A stretch of 64,000 nucleotides of DNA from Candidatus Dadabacteria bacterium (lineage in GTDB: Bacteria > Desulfobacterota_D > UBA1144 > Nemesobacterales > CSP1-2). The notes below the pieces were generated by a model that worked only from the letters and a program-made list of their open reading frames with translations, had not been told where the DNA came from and did not search any database. The position numbers and the translations under genes are program-made. This document shows positions 28,813 to 38,538 of this stretch, in pieces. Numbering within the stretch: the stretch's first letter is position 1; each line of letters begins with the position of its first letter. The stretch lies in NCBI GenBank assembly GCA_963805855.1, contig CAWDVW010000007.1, forward strand, positions 352,001 to 416,000, read 5' to 3'.

Positions 28813-30723
28813 ATGGATTTAATTAGAATGCTGGAAAAGACATTGAGTACATCTTCTAATTTAACTTGGAAGGGCTTGAAGGCTGTAAATGAATTTATGC
28901 CTGCTAAACCCTTTCAGCCAAACTGGGCACATGCACCGCTACCTAAATCACAAAAGAGAACTAAGCCCCCTCTTGGATTGCCTAGGGAAACCGATTCTCT
29001 TTGCCCGAAATGTGTGAGAGAATTGAGGGATGATATACAAGCAGACCGTATAAACTGGCAGGATGTGATAAAAACCAATCCAGGAATGATAACAGCTCGT
29101 ATCTACGAGGATGATGGAAAGGTTCTGATGGAAAAAACCTGCGAAAGACATGGACGATGTGAAGATTTAATCGCTATTGATAAAGACTTTTTCTTACATA
29201 TGGAATCACTATTTATGGGCGATGACATGCCAATTCCCGAAAATATGCTTCGCAACCATGGTGCTTCATCAATTAAATACAGCCGGGGAGCCTGCCTCAA
29301 TGTAGACCTCACAAATCGTTGTAACATGATGTGTAGGCCCTGCTACATGGACGCAAACCAGGTTGGATATGTACATGAACTTACAATTGACGACGTTAGA
29401 AAAATTTTGACAGACGCCGCAAATTTTAAACCAAGACGGCAGACAGCCGTAATGTTTGCGGGTGGCGAACCCACCATTTCGCCTATTTTTCTTGAGTCAT
29501 GCAAGATCGCAAGGGAACTCGGATTCTTTTCCGTCCAAGCCGCGACAAATGGTTTGAGATTTGCCCTTGAGCCGGGTTTTGCTGAAAAAGCAAAGGAGGC
29601 CGGCTTACGAATAGCTTATCTTCAGTTTGACGGCGTTAGTAATCAAGCGCATGCTCATAGAAAAATTGCTAACCTTTTCGATGTAAGGCAAAGAATTATA
29701 GAGAATTGCCGTAAAGCAGGAATAAATGTCATGATAGTTCCAACCATTGTTAACACGGTCAATAATGACCAGGTTGGACCGATACTCGATTTCGCAATCA
29801 ATAATGTTGGAACGATTGCGGGGATAGCCTTTCAGCCTGTGTCATTTACCGGGAGAGACGATGACATACCCGATGATCAGAGGAGAAGAGAGAGGTACAC
29901 GACTTCTCACCTGGCTCACGAGATTTCAAAATATACGGACGGAGTTATAGACCCGATGAGGGACTGGTTTCCCCTTTCGGCGCTTGCGCCATTTGCAGAT
30001 GCTGTAGACCTAACCAGGGGTATGGACGATTCCTGGGGCTCAATGAAATGTGGATGCCATCCAAACTGTGGTGCTGGTTTTGTTCTATTGGTTAATAAGC
30101 AAACCAAGGAAGTTGTTCCGGTGACAAAGATCATTAATTTCAAACAGTTGTTAAAAGACATGCTTGATATAGCAGATAATTATCGCGGTCCCAAGTGGGC
30201 AATGGCGCAAATGGGTCTATCTCTCATGAGGAACTACAAGCCTGATGAAGCTCCCAAGGGATTAGACTTCCGTAAGCTCGTAAATATCTTCCTTGAGCAA
30301 TCGGGCGCTAAAAACTTTGGATCGCCGACCAATCCTGAATTCGATTGGGGTATTATGTTTATTGCAGCGATGTGGTTTCAGGATGTATATAATTATGACT
30401 TCAGACGAACTGAAAGGTGTGTAATACCGTACGGAACTCAGATGGGAGAAATTTCCTTCTGTGCGTATAATACAGGAATCGGGTGGAGGTGGATTGTAGA
30501 AAAGGAATTCCAGAATGCAACAACAAAAGAGTGGTTTAAGGAAAAAGGAAGGCACCCAATCTATGCGAACCAGAAACCAATAGATCTTCCTGAATACGAA
30601 ACACCCGTTGACTTAAACGGGAATCCGGTACAATGGAAGGGAAGGTTGTCAAAGGTTAAATCGCCGGAATCCATAAATGGAAAAGACAAAGCAGTGGAAG
30701 AGGGTGTATCGGTTACTACATAA
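28813..30723 (+). CDS. tes: Tetraether synthase (Tes/GDGT-MAS, MJ0619)-like radical SAM enzyme
   Basis: T.SLCPKC..A.IYE.DGKV.M.KTC..HG, DLTNRCNMMCRPC, FAGGEPT, QAATNG, YLQFDG, FQPVSFTGR, HPNCG, M.FQD.YNYD..R..RC.I.Y, SFCAYN. Confidence 0.8.
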   Translation: MDLIRMLEKTLSTSSNLTWKGLKAVNEFMPAKPFQPNWAHAPLPKSQKRTKPPLGLPRETDSLCPKCVRELRDDIQADRINWQDVIKTNPGMITARIYEDDGKVLMEKTCERHGRCEDLIAIDKDFFLHMESLFMGDDMPIPENMLRNHGASSIKYSRGACLNVDLTNRCNMMCRPCYMDANQVGYVHELTIDDVRKILTDAANFKPRRQTAVMFAGGEPTISPIFLESCKIARELGFFSVQAATNGLRFALEPGFAEKAKEAGLRIAYLQFDGVSNQAHAHRKIANLFDVRQRIIENCRKAGINVMIVPTIVNTVNNDQVGPILDFAINNVGTIAGIAFQPVSFTGRDDDIPDDQRRRERYTTSHLAHEISKYTDGVIDPMRDWFPLSALAPFADAVDLTRGMDDSWGSMKCGCHPNCGAGFVLLVNKQTKEVVPVTKIINFKQLLKDMLDIADNYRGPKWAMAQMGLSLMRNYKPDEAPKGLDFRKLVNIFLEQSGAKNFGSPTNPEFDWGIMFIAAMWFQDVYNYDFRRTERCVIPYGTQMGEISFCAYNTGIGWRWIVEKEFQNATTKEWFKEKGRHPIYANQKPIDLPEYETPVDLNGNPVQWKGRLSKVKSPESINGKDKAVEEGVSVTT

Positions 30724-30730
30724 TGTAAAA

Positions 30731-30771
30731 AATGGGGACAGACACTTATTAATAAGTGCCTGTCCCTGATT
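30731..30771. terminator. Long hairpin between convergent genes (REP-like or bidirectional terminator)
   Basis: GGGACAGACACTTATT-AATAAGTGCCTGTCCC. Confidence 0.6.
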
Positions 30772-30894
30772 CATTAGTTTGATTTTCCTCCGCTACCACT
30801 AAAACTCGCGTTTCGACACATTTCATTCCCCATCAATAGTCGTTTTTACATATTGCATCGTCCATTTGAAAAATAACGGTGGAATATAGGGCTA

Positions 30895-31239
30895 TTAATA
30901 TCCAAAAAATACGGACGCTCCGATAAATCCGGGGATGACATAGAAGAGTGGCACATAATTTCCGTAGGCTTTACCGTAGTAATGACGTGAATGATAATCA
31001 TGGTTCCTGTGGTGGCCATGTCGATTAAAACGACCGTAATGATTTTCTTGATTATTTTGGTGCCAATGACCCTTATGATGTCCTGGGTTTCCATCGTGGC
31101 CTTTGTAGCTATGATCAGCACGATGTTCATACCTTCCCCTATGGTTTTTATGCCCGTCTGAGGATTTGGCTGCACCAATGTTCGTCGCGGCTAAGGAAAA
31201 TATCAACATAAGTATCGGCACGATAAAAAGTCTGTTCAT
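30895..31239 (-). CDS. Small secreted His/Gly/Arg-rich protein
   Basis: Signal peptide, His-rich core, AGGAG RBS. Confidence 0.65.
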   Translation of the reverse strand: MNRLFIVPILMLIFSLAATNIGAAKSSDGHKNHRGRYEHRADHSYKGHDGNPGHHKGHWHQNNQENHYGRFNRHGHHRNHDYHSRHYYGKAYGNYVPLFYVIPGFIGASVFFGY

Positions 31240-31374
31240 GTTCTTTCTCCTTTTCGTACGTTTTTGCTGATATTAACCCTATTTTATTCATAAGGTTTCA
31301 ACGGTGCTCCACTTAATTTAGCTGCAGAGGAAAGTAGCTTTGATATAAACGAACTTATTGTTCTGAATTGATGA

Positions 31375-31418
31375 TTTAACTAGTGAATTTCCTGTAGCTT
31401 GCTGCAGGGAGTTTCATT
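31375..31418 (-). repeat. Single-hairpin (collapsed) copy of the IS200/IS605-like element
   Basis: revcomp AATGAAACTCCCTGCAGCAAGCTACAGGAAATTCACTAGTTAAA = left flank of 25701 + right flank of 26302. Confidence 0.7.
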
Positions 31419-31569
31419 CAAAAGACATTCTAAAAGGTAATTTTGATGAAGCCGAGTATGTTCTTATAAGTATTGGTTGTCGCCGGGAGTGGGTCTGAGT
31501 TTTCGAGGATGGTTTAAATCGGAAGGATAACCGCATCGGCTATCCTTCTCAATTATCTCATGTGTATCT

Positions 31570-32880
31570 TCAAACAGCCTGTTTTAATTTTTCCTTAACT
31601 TTTCGTTCTAATGAATCCTTATACTCCTCAATGTCTATTTTGATCCTTGCTACTCCGGTTTGAATCGCAGCCTGGGCTACTGCGACTGATTCCCAAACAA
31701 GGACCCTCGGATCAAATGGCTTTGGCACTATGTATTCGGGCCCGAAGTCGAAATGCGTTTCGCCATAGGCTTTTGCCACCGTATGGTCTGCTCCCTTTTT
31801 TGCAAGGTCTGCTAACGCATGTGACGCAGCGATCTTCATTTCTTCATTAATGGCCCTGGATCTTACATCTAGTGCGCCACGAAAGATGAATGGAAAGCCA
31901 AGTACATTATTTACCTGATTTGGATAATCTGATCTGCCCGTGGCCATGATGATATCCTTCCTTGCGTCTTTTGCGTCTTCGTATGAAATCTCTGGATCTG
32001 GGTTTGCCATTGCAAATATAATCGGCTGATTAGCCATTGATTTCACCATTGCTTTTGTGACCATACCGGCTACTGAAAGGCCGAAAAAGATATCGGCACC
32101 CTTAATTGCTTCTTCAAGAGTTCTCAAATGTGTGTCAACAGCAAACCTTTCCTTCTGGGGGTTCATTCCCGCTTCCCGTCCTTTGTAGATGACACCCCTG
32201 CTATCACATAACATGATGTTTTCTCTGATAGCACCAAGCTTGATGAAAAATTCAGCGCATGAGATTGCGGCAGCCCCAGCCCCGCTGAACACGAGTCTTA
32301 ATTTACTTAAATCCTTATTGGTAATTTCACAAGCATTGAGGAGACCGGCACCGGAGATAATCGCGGTTCCATGCTGGTCGTCGTGAAAAACGGGTATATC
32401 CATCTCCTTTATCAGTTCACTTTCTATATAGAAGCATTCTGGTGCTTTTATATCCTCCAGGTTAATGCCGCCAAAGGTAGGTTCCAGATATTTTACTGTC
32501 TTAATAATTTCATCAGGATCCTCTGTGTTAAGTTCAATGTCATAAGCATCGACGTCGGCAAAGCGTTTGAAAAGGACGCTCTTACCTTCCATGACGGGTT
32601 TTCCTGCCAGCGCGCCAATATTCCCTAAACCCAAGACTGCGGTGCCATTTGAAATTACCGCTACAAGGTTCCCTCTGTTTGTATATTCATAAGATAGATT
32701 TTCGTCTTTTTCTATCTCTAAACAGGGTTCAGCAACGCCAGGGGTATAAGCAAGGGAAAGGTCCCATTGTGTTTCACAGGGTTTGGTTGGCACCACCTCG
32801 AGTTTTCCCTTACGCCCCATTCGATGGTACTCGAGCGCTGCCTGTTTCATATCCTTTTTGCGGCCGGGTGCTTTAGCCAT
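31570..32880 (-). CDS. NADP-dependent malic enzyme (MaeB-like, no PTA domain)
   Basis: [49 protein letters not shown]. Confidence 0.93.
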   Translation of the reverse strand: MAKAPGRKKDMKQAALEYHRMGRKGKLEVVPTKPCETQWDLSLAYTPGVAEPCLEIEKDENLSYEYTNRGNLVAVISNGTAVLGLGNIGALAGKPVMEGKSVLFKRFADVDAYDIELNTEDPDEIIKTVKYLEPTFGGINLEDIKAPECFYIESELIKEMDIPVFHDDQHGTAIISGAGLLNACEITNKDLSKLRLVFSGAGAAAISCAEFFIKLGAIRENIMLCDSRGVIYKGREAGMNPQKERFAVDTHLRTLEEAIKGADIFFGLSVAGMVTKAMVKSMANQPIIFAMANPDPEISYEDAKDARKDIIMATGRSDYPNQVNNVLGFPFIFRGALDVRSRAINEEMKIAASHALADLAKKGADHTVAKAYGETHFDFGPEYIVPKPFDPRVLVWESVAVAQAAIQTGVARIKIDIEEYKDSLERKVKEKLKQAV

Positions 32881-32938
32881 AGTATGTTAGCCCTCCAAGA
32901 TTTATTTAATTACGAATTTTTGTTCTGTATATTTCTTA

Positions 32939-33169
32939 TCAATTATGTCTGCAACCACAACTTGCTGGAGTACATGAACATCCTGACGCCATAGATTCAG
33001 AGAGAGAATCAGATTCCCCGGATTGTACGCCGAAGGTCGAGAACAGTTTTTTCAAATTGGGGCTCTCACAATTATCACATGCGACGTCGTTATCGGAATT
33101 TAAGACCAATTTTTCAAATTTACTACCACATTCTCCGCAAAGGTATTCAAAAATGGGCAATTTTCTCAC
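32939..33169 (-). CDS. FmdB-family zinc ribbon protein
   Basis: PIFEY.C..CG..FE.L...C..C.S..L.KL.S.F. Confidence 0.85.
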   Translation of the reverse strand: MRKLPIFEYLCGECGSKFEKLVLNSDNDVACDNCESPNLKKLFSTFGVQSGESDSLSESMASGCSCTPASCGCRHN

Positions 33170-33273
33170 CTCCCAAGTTAAGTCGGGGAAAATAAAGTAT
33201 AAATTTTAAATGTAAGTAGTCAATAGAGGGTATATTATAACGTAATTGGGAGCACGCGAGCAGAGTTCTACTG

Positions 33274-33359
33274 GATATTTCGGGGACAGTCTTTCAGGTC
33301 CTAAATGGGTATTCAAAAAACCAGCAAAATTGTAGGGAACTCAGATCTGCGTTCCGTAT
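33274..33359. repeat. Degenerate MITE end followed by a GTAG REP
   Basis: gatatttcggggacagtctttcaggtcctaaatgggtattcaaaaaa matches the MITE right end; GTAGGGAACTCAGATCTGCGTTCCGTA at 33332. Confidence 0.6.
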
Positions 33360-33380
33360 ATTAATGTGAAATCAGTCCGG

Positions 33381-34136
33381 TTAAAAGCTCTTCCAGAAGT
33401 CAATTCCTGCAAGGTCGAGTACCTTCTGACCATATATGTTTAAGTAGAATAGACTGTTTGTCACCATCAGTATTCCAACGGCTACAAGTGTTCCTCCTAC
33501 TATGAACTTGTAGAAACCGTAGTGCCTCTTAATCCAGCCGAAAGCCCCGAGGGCCGTTGAGAGCGCGAGTCCCGTGATTATAAACGGTAAACCCAGTCCC
33601 ACGGAGTACACGAAGAGCAACGCCGCCCCTTTCCCTGCTGCTTCTGTCGTGCTGGCATATAGGAGGATCGATGCAAGTATCGGTCCAACGCAGGGTGTCC
33701 ATCCGAAACCAAACGCGAACCCCAGAAGAAAAGTGCCTATCAGACCGAGATTCCCGTGCGGCAAGTGAAATTTGCGTTCTCTGTAGAGTTGTGGAATTTT
33801 TATTATATCCATTGAGAATAAACCGAACAGTATTATCATTATTCCGGAAATTTTTAGCAGAAGTATTTTGTTTTGTCTTAGAAATACTCCCATATAGGAT
33901 GCGGAAGCGCCTAGTAATACAAATACTACTGAGAAACCGAGTACAAAAAAAATACTGGGGATCAGTATCTTCTTTATTCTATTCTCGGCGGAGCATTCGG
34001 TTAGTTCGTTAAACGATAATTTCGAAACAAGCGATATATAACCGGGAATAAGAGGTAGCACGCATGGAGATAGAAATGATACAACACCCGCGAGAAATGC
34101 AAAAATCCAACTGACCTCTCCAGCCGGAGCCGTCAA
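33381..34136 (-). CDS. ccdA: CcdA cytochrome c biogenesis/disulfide transporter
   Basis: SFLSPCVLPLIPGY, FGWTPCVGPIL. Confidence 0.9.
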   Translation of the reverse strand: MTAPAGEVSWIFAFLAGVVSFLSPCVLPLIPGYISLVSKLSFNELTECSAENRIKKILIPSIFFVLGFSVVFVLLGASASYMGVFLRQNKILLLKISGIMIILFGLFSMDIIKIPQLYRERKFHLPHGNLGLIGTFLLGFAFGFGWTPCVGPILASILLYASTTEAAGKGAALLFVYSVGLGLPFIITGLALSTALGAFGWIKRHYGFYKFIVGGTLVAVGILMVTNSLFYLNIYGQKVLDLAGIDFWKSF

Positions 34137-34699
34137 TCTGAAATCTCCTTTAGATATTTGATAAAGGTTTTTTCTCCCTCTTCGCCGAGGAACGGACCGT
34201 AGTTCTTTTTGCTGATCTTGCCGTCTTTATCGATAAAGAATGTTGCAGGGAGGGCAACAACTCCGTACGCATTCGACACCTCACCAGAGGGATCGTGTAG
34301 GATCATATACGTGATACCAAAAGCCTCTACAAATTTTTCTGCTAAGCCTTCCTCGTCCATGACGTCGATGCCGATAAAAACAACCCCTTTATCCTTGTAC
34401 TCCTTCCATGTATTCTCAAAAAACGGCATTTCCCTTCGACATGGGGTGCACCACGATGCCCAAAAGTTGAGGACCACCGGCTTTCCCTTGAAATCAGAAA
34501 AGGCTACTTTGCCTTTTCCATTGAGTGGGGGAAGAGCGAAGGTCTTAGCATCCTGCCTGTCACCGCTTGAAGTGGTCTTGGTTTCTCCCCTTTCGCATGA
34601 CCCGATCAGAATAAGAGCGCATAATGTGATCGACAGATATAGCGGATTTCTCATGAAAATCCCCCTTTTGGTTATAATAACTGATAAATACCGTGACAT
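34133..34699 (-). CDS. TlpA-family disulfide reductase lipoprotein (start probably ATG 34654)
   Basis: LNFWASWCTPC, ALPATFFID, lipobox LIGS-C. Confidence 0.88.
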   Translation of the reverse strand: MSRYLSVIITKRGIFMRNPLYLSITLCALILIGSCERGETKTTSSGDRQDAKTFALPPLNGKGKVAFSDFKGKPVVLNFWASWCTPCRREMPFFENTWKEYKDKGVVFIGIDVMDEEGLAEKFVEAFGITYMILHDPSGEVSNAYGVVALPATFFIDKDGKISKKNYGPFLGEEGEKTFIKYLKEISD

Positions 34700-34877
34700 T
34701 AAGTTTCCCCTTTGTTGGCAAAAATTGAGTAAACAATATAAGCTATAATTGCAGATGTTGGAAGTGCAACTAACCGAGCGAGGATAATTTCATACGCAAT
34801 TGTCCGTCTCACTCCGTGATCCATCACTCGCTACGTTTCCATATAAAAGCGGAATAAAAATAACTGAGTTTAATAAC

Positions 34878-35492
34878 TCATTCAACAGATTGTCGAATCT
34901 TTAGAAGGTGGTCGCTGGTTAAATCCTCAACGGTGTCTACGTCTCTTAGCATTTCTAAACACTCGGACTTAATGCCATTGTGTCGCAATCTTTTCATAGT
35001 CTGATCGAATACGAGATTTGTGCTCCAGTCGATCTCATGAAAAACCTCCGGGATCAATCTTCTCAATCCAAGAAGATAATACCCACCATCAAAGGAGGGA
35101 CCTACGACCGCCTCCGACACCTCGAGTTTTTCGAAGGCCTTTACGATCGTCTCTGTTGTGATTTGAGGGCAGTCCGTTCCAATGACGACTGCTTTTGCCG
35201 CTCCGAGTGAGAAGGCATGACTGAAGGCATTGGACATCCTTTCCCCAAGTGAATTCCCTTTCTGTGCCATGAATGATAAGCCATTAAATTTCAGCCAGCG
35301 CACGACATCGTTTGTTCTTTCAGGTGGGTCGAAGAATATAATCTTCCTATAGTCGGCCAATTTCGATAAGTTGTAGATGAGGCTTTCCGCCATCTTTCTG
35401 TATAGCAGAGCGGCATTTTCTGAACCTATATTTTCAGCGAGCCGAGTTTTTACCTTCCCGGGCTCTGGATACTTAACAAATATTAGGAGCAT
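34878..35492 (-). CDS. TIGR04282/DUF2064 family glycosyltransferase-like protein (arsenosugar-associated)
   Basis: IFVKYPEPGKVKTRLA, Q.G..LGERM..AF, VIGTDCP, GPS.DGGYYLLGL, IDWST, L.DVDT.ED. Confidence 0.85.
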   Translation of the reverse strand: MLLIFVKYPEPGKVKTRLAENIGSENAALLYRKMAESLIYNLSKLADYRKIIFFDPPERTNDVVRWLKFNGLSFMAQKGNSLGERMSNAFSHAFSLGAAKAVVIGTDCPQITTETIVKAFEKLEVSEAVVGPSFDGGYYLLGLRRLIPEVFHEIDWSTNLVFDQTMKRLRHNGIKSECLEMLRDVDTVEDLTSDHLLKIRQSVE

Positions 35493-35516
35493 AGGATTTA
35501 TGTGGCTTTACTTCTG

Positions 35517-38039
35517 CTAACAGCAGGTTCCTCCGTCTACGCAGCATCTATAATCCTCGTTCACCTCTCTCGTAGGATCGGTAATAATAAACATCCCTTC
35601 ATAGGGAGGTTTGGCGAGTTTTTCTGCCGTGTCCGTGCAGATCTCCACGGATTCATTCCGGGGGAACAGATGGCCTTCCTCGTCGGCGATGGCTTTTAGC
35701 GGTCCCAGGTAAATTGCGCTCTGACCGATGAAGACGCATCCTGCGCTCTTTTCGAATTTATAACCCCTCACCGTGATCGAATAAAACCGATGGTTTTCTA
35801 CTGTTTTCCAGTAAATCTTGTTCAGGAGCTGTAGCCCGTAGAACCCTGCCTGTTCCAGGTATGAAATAAACTGCTCCTCCGTTAAAGATCCCGCGATACA
35901 TTCGCCCCAGAGTTCGTCATTTGTCACGATATGTTCCGGGACCTCCCTTTCAGAGATAATATCGGAAAGGACAATTCTTCCGTGATTCTTAAGTATACGC
36001 CACATCTCGGAAAAGACGCGCTTCTTGTTGGGTGAGAGGTTGATCACACAATTGGATGTGATTAAATCTACCGTCTTGTTTACAACGGGTATTTCTTCCA
36101 GGAATCCTCTCCTGAATTCTACGACGTCATAACCGAGATTTTTTGCAACAGTCGGTTTACATTCGTTTGCGATTCCAAGCATCTGATCCGTCATATCGAC
36201 TCCGATTACCCTGCCGTTTTTCCCAACCTTCTTTGCGGCGATAAAGCAATCGATTCCGGCACCGGAGCCGAGATCGACCACGGTCTCGCCCGGCTTTACA
36301 TTCGCAATGCTGATCGGGCTTCCACAGCCGTAGAATCTCTCAATGACATCATTCGGTATATGGCTGATGTCTTCTCCGGGATAGCTTGTTGGGCAGCATA
36401 GCTCCTTCTGAGGCTCCTCGGCTGCCCTTCCGTAGAACTCTCTGACAACTTCGCGCGACTTGTCAATATCAAACGTCAACACACAGTTTGAGTGGGATAA
36501 TTCAATATTGAATTCCGAGATTCCTACTGCCCCGCCATTTCGAATCCCATTTCCATTCATCTCATTCATGCCGCACGAGACAGCGCCTTCGCCCATCGCC
36601 AAAAATACACGGGGTGCATCGAAACCCGATTTATTGTTATGTTCAATTGCCTTTTCTTCGGCAAGCTCTAACAGGGTCCGGACTATCATGTATTCATGAA
36701 GGTCGGAGTAGGGGTCGGCTCCGGCTAGATCCCTTTTGCCGAAAGTGGCTCTGTTGTAAAAATAGGAGTGCTCGATGTCGCCACCCCCGCATATGAATTT
36801 CAAAAAGCAGTTGCTGCACTTTGACCTGTTCTGGACGGTCGCGCCTCTGAACATCTCAAAAACCTTGCTCTCTTCCCATATCTTCTTAAGTGACGTTTCT
36901 TTTATACTTCCTGAGCTTAATTCCTTCGTATTCGCCAGCGCTGCAGAGGGATAAACCTCGCCGTCGGAATAGACGCAGAGGCTGTCCCAGCATGAATTGC
37001 TGAGATCAAACTTCGTGAACTTTCTTGTCCTCAGCTTTGCCCTTATGGTTTCAAAATTATCGACAGTAATGCCAAGCTCGTCCGCGGTTTTCTTAACCTC
37101 TTTCACCACCTCAATCAACTCATATGTGGGAACAACCAGGTTCCTGCCGCCATTCATTATCCTTCCTGTCTGGTGTACCCAGAGCAGGTGATGGTTATTT
37201 ACGCCAAGCCGGGCCAATAGCCTGGTGATATCGGGCACATCTTTGGCATTGTGGGAATTTACGACGGTGGTTACCGTTGGGCTGAGTCCGGCCTTAACGG
37301 CCGACTCGATTCCTTTCGTAATTTTCTCAAAGGTTCCTTCACCCCTGATTGGATCATTTGCATCGGCATTCGAGCCATCGAGGCTGATCTGTGGCTTTAC
37401 GCGACCTCTGCCTGCTTCCAATAGGAGATCAATGTTGTGTCTCTTATTAAAAGACATTCCGTTGGTCAATATTATTAGCTCGGAATATTCATCGCGCGTA
37501 ACATATTCGATCAGCTCGAAGATATCCTTTCTTATGAACGGCTCACCACCGGTAAAGTAAAACCTGAATACACCGAGCTCTCGGCCTTCATCTATTATGC
37601 GTGTTATGCTGTCTGTCGGTAGACCCTTATCTTCCCAGGGTCCGGAGCTTACCAGGCAATGGGCACACTGGAGGTTACAGGAGTTATTGGTGTGTATCCA
37701 AAGCTCGCTTAGCCGGTCGGCCTTCAAGTATTCACCCCGTCCCCTGTAAGGCGCCCTCACAAATGGGTTGAGAGATAAGATCTTTTCCCTCAAAGCATCC
37801 TTTACGAATGTATTGACGTGTACCCAAGCTTTGGTTGTGCTTAACCCGAATTCCTTCGCATATAGTTTTACGATGTCATTGAAATTTCTCTTACCGTCCA
37901 TGTAGCTGAAAATTCTGGCGCCACGGGAATCTGTGCCGATCCAGTTTGGTCCTTCAGGGTCGATCAGGACGTGAAGATCATTCAGATGAATATCTGAGTA
38001 GGGTGGGGCGTGCAGGATTGATTTTTCAGATAAATCCAT
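35517..38039 (-). CDS. Fusion of PqqD/RRE-like, radical SAM, SPASM and ArsM-like methyltransferase domains
   Basis: CNLQCAHC, FTGGEP; SPASM C..C.....CGGG; ELCCP, FYGCGSP, DLGSGAGIDC, SNCVINL, WGECIAG; C-term CC..CC. Confidence 0.85.
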   Translation of the reverse strand: MDLSEKSILHAPPYSDIHLNDLHVLIDPEGPNWIGTDSRGARIFSYMDGKRNFNDIVKLYAKEFGLSTTKAWVHVNTFVKDALREKILSLNPFVRAPYRGRGEYLKADRLSELWIHTNNSCNLQCAHCLVSSGPWEDKGLPTDSITRIIDEGRELGVFRFYFTGGEPFIRKDIFELIEYVTRDEYSELIILTNGMSFNKRHNIDLLLEAGRGRVKPQISLDGSNADANDPIRGEGTFEKITKGIESAVKAGLSPTVTTVVNSHNAKDVPDITRLLARLGVNNHHLLWVHQTGRIMNGGRNLVVPTYELIEVVKEVKKTADELGITVDNFETIRAKLRTRKFTKFDLSNSCWDSLCVYSDGEVYPSAALANTKELSSGSIKETSLKKIWEESKVFEMFRGATVQNRSKCSNCFLKFICGGGDIEHSYFYNRATFGKRDLAGADPYSDLHEYMIVRTLLELAEEKAIEHNNKSGFDAPRVFLAMGEGAVSCGMNEMNGNGIRNGGAVGISEFNIELSHSNCVLTFDIDKSREVVREFYGRAAEEPQKELCCPTSYPGEDISHIPNDVIERFYGCGSPISIANVKPGETVVDLGSGAGIDCFIAAKKVGKNGRVIGVDMTDQMLGIANECKPTVAKNLGYDVVEFRRGFLEEIPVVNKTVDLITSNCVINLSPNKKRVFSEMWRILKNHGRIVLSDIISEREVPEHIVTNDELWGECIAGSLTEEQFISYLEQAGFYGLQLLNKIYWKTVENHRFYSITVRGYKFEKSAGCVFIGQSAIYLGPLKAIADEEGHLFPRNESVEICTDTAEKLAKPPYEGMFIITDPTREVNEDYRCCVDGGTCC

Positions 38040-38332
38040 AATTGTTCCTCCGGTATTAATTGCGGTTTTCTGATCTGGTAAAAATTCTTGTATCGCCTCG
38101 TTTAAGCTTACTATAATCTGACCAGAATTTCACATAAGCGACAGTATGTCGCCTATTTTGGCGTATTTAGCCGCAAATAGGATGAGATTAAGATGAAAAA
38201 ATGAACACAAAGTTTCGCAGATTCTACTTAATAACAAAAAAACGCGGCCATTCTGCTTTCCTCCCCATGTCCCCGTTCGTACGGTGGGGGTGATTATTCA
38301 TTCCCAGCAAGTGTCACGAAAAGCCTTTTACT

Positions 38333-38480
38333 GCCATTGCGAGAGACTTGAAAAGCCTCGAAGCAATCTCCAACGGTATTGGCACGGCGTTAAAACTGAC
38401 GATGTCTGTACCAGTCTTTCTGTAGGGACTGATCCCCGATTAGTCCATGTATCAATGCCCGTTTGTGAAACGGGCGCTAC
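38333..38480. repeat. REP cluster
   Basis: gccattgcgagagacttgaaaagcctcgaagcaatctc; GTAGGGACTGAT..TTAGTCC and GCCCGTTT..AAACGGGCGCTAC hairpins. Confidence 0.6.
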
Positions 38481-38538
38481 TTTGGTTAATTAATAAGAAC
38501 GAAGCCTTGGGAGGATGTGGAGGGGAGGAAAAGGAATT

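Noticed and set aside
12135-30723. B12-rSAM acting as a GDGT methylase or ring synthase partner of the Tes-like gene
   Set aside because: About 15 kb apart in a different context; no motif evidence specific to that function
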